A stretch of 64,000 nucleotides of DNA, from NCBI GenBank assembly GCA_047947115.1, contig CP170459.1, positions 3,936,001 through 4,000,000 on the forward strand, written 5' to 3'. The translations under genes were made by a program, and so were the position numbers. Each line of letters starts with the position of its first letter. Within the stretch, counting starts at the first letter, position 1. The notes beneath the pieces were generated by a model, which saw only the letters and a list, made by a program, of their open reading frames with translations, was not told the DNA's origin and ran no database searches. The stretch comes from Verrucomicrobiota bacterium. Lineage in GTDB: Bacteria; Verrucomicrobiota; Verrucomicrobiia; Limisphaerales; AAA164-E04. Shown one piece after another: positions 58,036-64,000 of the stretch.

Positions 58036-58881
58036 ATGGAAGTCCAGTTTGAAACCATGCCTGTCGTTTTGACGGATGAGGAACTTGCTGATTTGAGGCG
58101 GGCTCGACTGATGTTGGAGCAGCCCAGCATGGCGTCCCGGCTGACCAAACTGGTTGGACGGCCGATTGAAGGAGCCTTCAAGGCCCTGCCCTTTGGCTGG
58201 AACCGAGCGATTCATGCCGCATCAGGATCGGCGCTTTCCAAGGCCACCCGTGTTGCCACCTGGACCATGTTGAACCGCCAGGGAAAACCATCTTCGGACG
58301 GATTTCATCAATGTGTATCGATGGTTTCGGGTGGGTTGGGCGGGTCATTGGGACTGGCCACATTGATCTGGGAACTCCCTTTCTCCACCACTCTGATGCT
58401 GCGTTCCATTGCAGATATTGCCCGCAGCGAAGGCCATTCCTTGCGGGATCCTGCCACCCGCATGGCCTGCCTTGAAGTATTCGCATTTGAAGGTAAGCGT
58501 CGAGGTCAGGAAGAACCCGACAAACATTACTGGGCCGTCCGGTTGGCGTTGGCCAAAGCAGTATCCGAAGCGACGGCTCATGCGGCTTCGGCCAGAGTGG
58601 TCAGCAAGTCGGTCCCGGCGCTTACCCGGTTGATCAGTGCCATTGCGTCACGGTTTGGAGTGATGGTTTCGCAGCAGGTTGCCGCCAAAATGGTACCCAT
58701 CGTGGGGGCGGCCAGCGGCATGACCATCAATCTGATCTTTATTCACCATTTTCAAACAGTGGCTCGTGGGCATTTCATCGTCAAGCGACTGGAGAAAAAA
58801 TACGGGATGGAGACCATTAGAGATTTATATCAATCGGTGGCTTTGCCTTACAAACCTGGGAAAATCGAGAGTCGAAGGTGA
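58036..58881 (+). CDS. EcsC family protein
   Basis: ELPFSTTLMLRSIADIARSEG, ACLEVFA, VPIVGA..G..IN..F. Confidence 0.88.
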   Translation: MEVQFETMPVVLTDEELADLRRARLMLEQPSMASRLTKLVGRPIEGAFKALPFGWNRAIHAASGSALSKATRVATWTMLNRQGKPSSDGFHQCVSMVSGGLGGSLGLATLIWELPFSTTLMLRSIADIARSEGHSLRDPATRMACLEVFAFEGKRRGQEEPDKHYWAVRLALAKAVSEATAHAASARVVSKSVPALTRLISAIASRFGVMVSQQVAAKMVPIVGAASGMTINLIFIHHFQTVARGHFIVKRLEKKYGMETIRDLYQSVALPYKPGKIESRR

Positions 58882-58885
58882 GTCT

Positions 58886-60244
58886 TCAGTTTGTTTTGGG
58901 TAAAAAGAATGTCCAAAGCGATCCGCATAGACTCATGAGGCCGAACAGAAGTACGAACCACGATGCCGGATATTTGCCTCCCAGCGAAATCAATAAACCA
59001 GCCAGGATGAGGAAGCATCCCACCAAAGTGTTGCTGATAGCGACATAGTCGGTGCGTTTATTGCCTTCAGCCAGGTTGAGCAAATAGGTTTTCCGGCCGA
59101 CCCGAACACCCGCATGTGCCACGTGTAATACCATGAAAAGAAGGGGGTAGATCCAACGCACCAGGTGATTTCCCTGAGATATGCCCCGGGTGGCCAGAAT
59201 GGAAAAGCAGACCAAGGCTGCCAATCCTGAGGCACAGCTTAAGACACGTCGACTGGATTGATCCGCCATGCGTCCCCAGACCCATCCGCTGATGGCCGCA
59301 CCTACGGCTCCCGCCATCATGAAACTTCCCAGTTGTGACATGACAAGCCCGGTGGATTGCTGGGAAATGAGCACCAGATATGGCGCCGCCAAAGCAGAGC
59401 CGGTCATGAGGCTGCGGGTGATCAGGAAATTACGGAAAGGAACATCCTTACTCAAGAGATCCCAGGTGTGGGAGGTTTGTGCCATTGCGCTTTTTGCCCG
59501 TTCAGTTTTTCCGGCTTTTTCTCGAATGCCCTGATAGCTCACAATAGCTCCCCACCACAACAGGATGGCCAGGGCGAACGGCACCAACAACCAACCTTTT
59601 GCTTCCTCACGCATCAAAAATCCAATGCCACATAAGGCGAGCAAGATCGTTATTACGCCCGAACCGGTAGTCGCCCATCCATTCACCCTGCCCCGCTGAG
59701 ATTTTGAAACGGTTTTGCCCAGGATATCCTTGCCGGTAATGGAGCACACCGCTCGGCCAAGCGAAAACACAGCCAACGCAGTCAATATGAGCCAGCCACT
59801 GGCTGCACCTTCAAAAAAGCAGGCGGAAAGCCCCATCGCTATGATGGAAAAACTTTGGATCAATGCGCCGAAAATCCAGGCAGGTTTCCGGTAAGGAAGC
59901 GATCGAATGTAACCTGCCAGAGCAAATTGGGGCAGCATGGAAAGTGATTCGCGAACAGGAACCAGTAAACCGATCAGGTATACCGGGGCGCCCACTGCTC
60001 CCATGACCCAGGGTAATACCGTCTTGGTATTGACAAACTGGTCGCCTGTTTTGGTCAACAACATGGCCACCAATTGCCGTTTGATGTTGGAAGATCCATA
60101 GGGATCATCCATTGATTGGGGCTGTCCGGTCGTTTTTGGATGGGTTGATGGAGGCATGCGCACAGATTGTCTACCTGGAAAAGGTAACAACCCGGCGATG
60201 GGGATGGCAATCCTGCATGCGACCATCAGTATGGCACAGGTCAA
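58886..60244 (-). CDS. MFS transporter
   Basis: LVPVRESLSMLPQ, WGRMADQSSR, GVRVGRKTY; about 12 TM helices; real start probably downstream of the track start. Confidence 0.85.
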   Translation of the reverse strand: MTCAILMVACRIAIPIAGLLPFPGRQSVRMPPSTHPKTTGQPQSMDDPYGSSNIKRQLVAMLLTKTGDQFVNTKTVLPWVMGAVGAPVYLIGLLVPVRESLSMLPQFALAGYIRSLPYRKPAWIFGALIQSFSIIAMGLSACFFEGAASGWLILTALAVFSLGRAVCSITGKDILGKTVSKSQRGRVNGWATTGSGVITILLALCGIGFLMREEAKGWLLVPFALAILLWWGAIVSYQGIREKAGKTERAKSAMAQTSHTWDLLSKDVPFRNFLITRSLMTGSALAAPYLVLISQQSTGLVMSQLGSFMMAGAVGAAISGWVWGRMADQSSRRVLSCASGLAALVCFSILATRGISQGNHLVRWIYPLLFMVLHVAHAGVRVGRKTYLLNLAEGNKRTDYVAISNTLVGCFLILAGLLISLGGKYPASWFVLLFGLMSLCGSLWTFFLPKTN

Positions 60245-60281
60245 AAAATAGAATCAGTATGGTAGGGGCTCCGTTTTCCCA

Positions 60282-60434
60282 CCATTTCAAACCATAGAGC
60301 ATTCGAACCATTTTAAGCAGCAATGGAAACGCCCCAGTCATTCGAATACCCCCAGCTTCCCAAGTTCCGCGTCTTTTTGCTTATGAAAGATGTGAGGAAA
60401 AAGTATGGGATCGGGGATGGAACCCGACCCTCCG
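60282..60434 (+). repeat. Diverged single copy of the 161-bp repeat family
   Basis: atggaaacgcc.cagtcattcga and aagtatgggatcgggg.tgg.acccgaccctccg are shared with the 63331-63812 units. Confidence 0.85.
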
Positions 60435-60446
60435 TATTTATCCCAA

Positions 60447-61196
60447 TTACATATACAATCCGCCGTTGACCGAAATAACCTGGCCGGTGATGTAGGAAGC
60501 TGCCGGACTGGCCAGGAATGCCACCGCTGAAGCAACTTCTTCGGCAGTGCCCATCCTTCCCGCAGGTGTGAGACTGTTGACGTAATCAATGACCTTTTGG
60601 GGAATGTCCCTGGTCATGTCCGTTTCAATAAATCCCGGCGCCACGGCATTAACCGTCACTCCTTTTCGGGCGGTTTCGATGGCCAATGACTTGGTGAAAG
60701 AGATCAAGCCACCTTTGCTGGCAGAATAATTGGTTTGTCCGAAGTTGCCTTTCAACCCAACTATGGATGAGATATTAACGATGCGTCCCCATCCCGCATC
60801 CAGCATGCCAGGTAAAGCAGCCTGGGTGACATCAAATGTACTGGACAGATTGACATCAATCACCTCATCCCACTGCTCTTTGGTCATTTTCAGGAATGAT
60901 TTGTCGCGGGTAATCCCTGCGTTGTTTATCAAAACCGCAATAGGGCCCAAGTCGCCTGAAATTTTCTCCACCACACCCCGAATATTGAACGAATCCGAAA
61001 CATTTCCCTGATAAAGAGTGGCCTTACCCCCTGCCCCTTCAATGAAGGTTTTCACGGCGTTTGCCTCTGCCTCGGAGCGATTGTAGTTAATGGCGACGTG
61101 ACCACCGGCTTGTGCCAGTGCAATGGCGATGGCGCGACCGATACCCCGGCCGGCGCCTGTCACCAGACAGACTTTGTTTTTGAGTATGGCGGACAT
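60447..61196 (-). CDS. fabG: 3-oxoacyl-ACP reductase / acetoacetyl-CoA reductase (classical SDR)
   Basis: TGAGRGIG, NNAGITRD, GQTNYSASK, VAPGFIETDM; FabG versus PhbB cannot be resolved by eye. Confidence 0.8.
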   Translation of the reverse strand: MSAILKNKVCLVTGAGRGIGRAIAIALAQAGGHVAINYNRSEAEANAVKTFIEGAGGKATLYQGNVSDSFNIRGVVEKISGDLGPIAVLINNAGITRDKSFLKMTKEQWDEVIDVNLSSTFDVTQAALPGMLDAGWGRIVNISSIVGLKGNFGQTNYSASKGGLISFTKSLAIETARKGVTVNAVAPGFIETDMTRDIPQKVIDYVNSLTPAGRMGTAEEVASAVAFLASPAASYITGQVISVNGGLYM

Positions 61197-61240
61197 AATA
61201 TTCCTTTTTGTGAAGGATTGAACGGGTGCTCCACCATACG

Positions 61241-61550
61241 TCAGGCAGAGCTGCTTGATCGGGCCACTCCAGGTCCCATAAATATCATCCACACGCGCAT
61301 GCCCCGAACCCATAGGATGTGCTTTTCAGTGATGCCCTTTCCCCCAAAAACACCATCCATGGTCTGACTTTCATACCACCACCGTATTCTCCTGGAATCC
61401 GGTTTGCTCGAGCGCATCCAATACTCACTCGACCTGGCTATCCACAAAACCCATACTAACAAGATAGGACCCAGGCAGTGCTTTCCATTGATTGGCTTTT
61501 GTTAACCATTCCCGGCGCCGTTCTGGTAGGTGATTGAGAGCAGTTGCCAT
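61241..61550 (-). pseudogene. Decayed sulfatase gene fragment
   Basis: YLVSMGFVDSQVE*VLDALEQTGFQENTVVV*KSDHGW, then after a frameshift GGKGITEKHILW..GMRV.MIFMGPGV, matching the sulfatase D.QVGR.LDAL....NT.VV..SDHG..LGEK...K..LW....RVP.I..GPG region. Confidence 0.75.
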
Positions 61551-61702
61551 GAAAACCATAACGATAAAGAAGGTGTCTTAAAGCATCTCCAGACCGGCCA
61601 ATTTGAATCAAGAGCATCGAAACCACAAGAACCACGCTTGAGCATTTCATCCGCATAGCCTAATACGTGGGGGGAGAACAGAGACAACAATTCTTAAACA
61701 CG

Positions 61703-61993
61703 ATGCTTAGGACACAGTTAATGAATTATCTGGTTGGGGATGGGATGAGCCTGAATCAGCTCAGTCGCTTGACCCGCAAAACGGTCAAGGAACTCGAAAG
61801 CGATCTGAATCACCTCGAAAAGAGCCTGAAGCACAAAGGGGCCAAGTTAGGTATCGATCCGGCTTTATGCCGCAAGTGCGGTTTCGAATTTCCCACCACG
61901 AAACTTCACAAACCTTCCCGTTGTCCGGAGTGCAAAGCCACCTGGATTCAGGAACCAAAGATTTTTGTGAAGGACAAAGTGGAATTGGATTAG
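61703..61993 (+). CDS. HTH plus zinc-ribbon transcriptional regulator (COG3357-like)
   Basis: DLNHLEKSL, PALCRKCGFEF, PSRCPECKATWIQEP. Confidence 0.85.
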   Translation: MLRTQLMNYLVGDGMSLNQLSRLTRKTVKELESDLNHLEKSLKHKGAKLGIDPALCRKCGFEFPTTKLHKPSRCPECKATWIQEPKIFVKDKVELD

Positions 61994-62336
61994 GACGGAA
62001 TTCAGTGATTACGCAAATAACAATCATCGCAACGAAACCCAACATCGCATTCCAATGCCTGTAGCTTTCAAAAACGGCGACAACTCTCTGGAGTGCGGTG
62101 AGTATCACCGCTCTGGATACCGCCCGATAAAGCAGCAGCACATGATTTCATCACGAAGCTCACTAAGTCCATCAATGGATAACCAAAATCACGTTGGATA
62201 AAAAAAGATGCTACTGAACATGAAGAGAACCAACAGTCGCAGGGACGGTATCAAGAGCTGTGTCGAGCCTCAGCACTCCAAATTTACACTTTGGGGGTAT
62301 CCATGCTGCCAAAACAAATGATCAGCTTATTCATAG

Positions 62337-63335
62337 ATGAACGCACATAAGGGACATCAGACATCCAGTTCAGATAGCTCCGAGATTATCACAGTCATTC
62401 CTGTATACAATGGAGAAAACTACTTGCAGGCCACTCTGGAGTCCATTGCGCGACAGACGAGACGGCCGGACCGACTTTTGATCATCGACGATGGATCAAC
62501 GGATGGAACAGAGGATCTGGTGCGCGCCTTTAAGGACATCCCATGCGAATGGCATCCCAACCCGCAGAATCTGGGATTATTTCCGAATCTGAACAAAGCA
62601 CTCGAGAAGGCAAATGAAGCTGAGTTTTTTCATCTGTTGCTGGCGGATGATTTGGTCGTGCCTGAATTCATTGAGACTTCCTGTCAGGCTCTTAAGGATG
62701 CCTCTCCCCTTTCATTTTCCTGGTCGGATATTCAATGGATAGATGCCGAAGGCAGGCATGCCAAAGGAACAGTCGTTGATTCAGGACGACCAGGTGCGCC
62801 ATTCAGTCAGCGAACATTTTTGACACAGGAGTCGGAGCTGCAGACGGTCAGTGTGGGATCGGTGATGATTCGAACCGGACGGCAACCCTTGCCGTGCCGT
62901 TTCCGAACCGATCTGCCTCAGGTGGCTGATTGTGTGTTCTATGGTGAGTTGGCCAGTCATGCGAAAAGTTTAATTCACATTCCCCGCCCCTTGTGTCACA
63001 TCCGCACTCATGCGACCAACATGACCAGCAAGAACATTCAAAACCTCAAAGCTTGGGTGACGGATGAATGGATTGCCATGCAGGAAACCGCTCGGCGGAT
63101 TCAGGAAGGAGCCCTTCAACGATGGTTGCGGCACCAAAAACTGAGATGTCTCTTTGCGGCCAGATCCAAAGTCAAGGAACAATGGATGGAACGGAATCAA
63201 CCCGAATACGCACAACAAATACGCAAAGCAACCCGCTCTGCCTTGCCTTTGCCACATTTTTTATTGGGTCGTATGTCTGTCGCTCTACGTGACATGATCA
63301 AAGGCCGCAACGTGGATGGACAAGGTCCGTCTTGA
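62337..63335 (+). CDS. Family 2 glycosyltransferase
   Basis: VIPVYNGE, DDGSTDGT, NLG...N.N, ADD. Confidence 0.92.
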   Translation: MNAHKGHQTSSSDSSEIITVIPVYNGENYLQATLESIARQTRRPDRLLIIDDGSTDGTEDLVRAFKDIPCEWHPNPQNLGLFPNLNKALEKANEAEFFHLLLADDLVVPEFIETSCQALKDASPLSFSWSDIQWIDAEGRHAKGTVVDSGRPGAPFSQRTFLTQESELQTVSVGSVMIRTGRQPLPCRFRTDLPQVADCVFYGELASHAKSLIHIPRPLCHIRTHATNMTSKNIQNLKAWVTDEWIAMQETARRIQEGALQRWLRHQKLRCLFAARSKVKEQWMERNQPEYAQQIRKATRSALPLPHFLLGRMSVALRDMIKGRNVDGQGPS

Positions 63336-63812
63336 TTCCACTTCAGACCTTGGTACGTCTCAAATAGATTTCACGCTGCCATGGAAACGCCGCAGTCGAT
63401 CGATTGCATCCGGCTTCCCGCGTTCCACGTTTTTGGTTTATGGAAGGTGTTAGGATGAAGTATGGGATCGGGGTGGCACCCGACCCTCCGACTTGATTCC
63501 ACTTCAGACCTTGGTACGTCTCAAATAGATTTCACGCTGCCATGGAAACGCCGCAGTCGATCGATTGCATCCGGCTTCCCGCGTTCCACGTTTTTGGTTT
63601 ATGGAAGGTGTTAGGATGAAGTATGGGATCGGGGTGGCACCCGACCCTTCGACTTGATCCCACTTCAGACCTTGGTGCGTCCCAAATAGATTTCAAGCTA
63701 CCTTGGAAACGCCGCAGTCATTCGATTGCACCGGGCTTCCCACGGTCCACGTTTTTTGTTTATGGAGGGTGTTAGGATGAAGTATGGGATCGGGGTGAAA
63801 CCCAACCCTCCG
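63331..63812 (+). repeat. Three tandem 161-bp repeats, each ending in a GC-rich hairpin
   Basis: Units start at 63331, 63492 and 63653; units 1 and 2 differ at one base; unit 3 has roughly 17 substitutions by eye and no indels. Confidence 0.97.
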
Positions 63813-63816
63813 GTTA

Positions 63817-64000
63817 TCATCCTACCCGAAATGAGATGCGCTGGATCATATCCTTGCCGAAGCAATGCTGCAGTCTTTCCAGGATTTCTTCCCGTCGGTA
63901 TCTGACTATTTCGCTCAGCCACGTGCTGTGGTCCACATTCACGAAGAGTGTCCCCTTGCGGATGCCGACGGGTTGGGCGTGTGCGGTCAGTGTGGGATCG
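63817..64000 (-). CDS. DUF721/DciA family protein, C-terminal part (runs off the window edge)
   Basis: ...HAQPVGIRKGTLFVNVDHSTWLSEIVRYRREEILERLQHCFGKDMIQRISFRVG*; not in the ORF track. Confidence 0.8.
   Translation of the reverse strand, partial: DPTLTAHAQPVGIRKGTLFVNVDHSTWLSEIVRYRREEILERLQHCFGKDMIQRISFRVG

Noticed and set aside
61371..61427. In-frame TGA codons as additional selenocysteines
   Set aside because: They align to non-Cys positions of sulfatases, co-occur with a frameshift and have no evident SECIS
61785..62260. Minus-strand hydrophobic ORF fragments
   Set aside because: Possibly a decayed membrane-protein gene, but it overlaps the zinc-ribbon gene and matches no family I can identify
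62337..63780. Glycocin-like RiPP cluster (GT2 plus repeat-encoded Cys/Ser peptides)
   Set aside because: No double-glycine leader, peptidase-ABC exporter or thioredoxin; the same repeat occurs at loci without a glycosyltransferase
63331..63812. CRISPR array
   Set aside because: Units are 161 bp and nearly identical along their whole length, with no unique spacers and no cas genes

Overview
Bacterial chromosomal segment, most likely from a PVC-superphylum organism (Verrucomicrobiota-like; inferred from the PSD1/planctomycete cytochrome c protein, the DUF4175-like and PQQ-propeller genes, and the scarcity of Shine-Dalgarno sites). It is mostly housekeeping and envelope genes (purM, dapE, lepB, serS, glgA, ald, hisS, hemW, purA, uppS-cdsA-dxr, sufE, transporters) plus tRNA-Val(GAC). 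I saw no integrase, transposase, prophage or CRISPR array. The ORF track misses several signals. (1) A ~161-bp intergenic repeat family has three tandem copies at 63331-63812 and diverged copies at ~60282-60434 and, inverted, ~50427-50592. Each copy carries a hairpin and a micro-ORF beginning METPQS[IF][DE]. (2) A SAM-I riboswitch controls a threonine-synthase-like PLP enzyme, a MoaD/ThiS sulfur carrier and a stand-alone NIL protein, divergent from a short MetE-like gene. This is a probable sulfur-carrier-dependent homocysteine/methionine locus. (3) selD has an in-frame UGA (CAGU) and a SECIS-like hairpin. (4) A 30-aa very basic ORF lies at 11311-11403. (5) There is an inverted-repeat-bounded element, an AT-rich islet with immunity-like genes and a decayed sulfatase fragment. 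Family assignments come from motif recognition by eye; no searches were run. Many start codons were moved from the ORF track to more plausible downstream starts.
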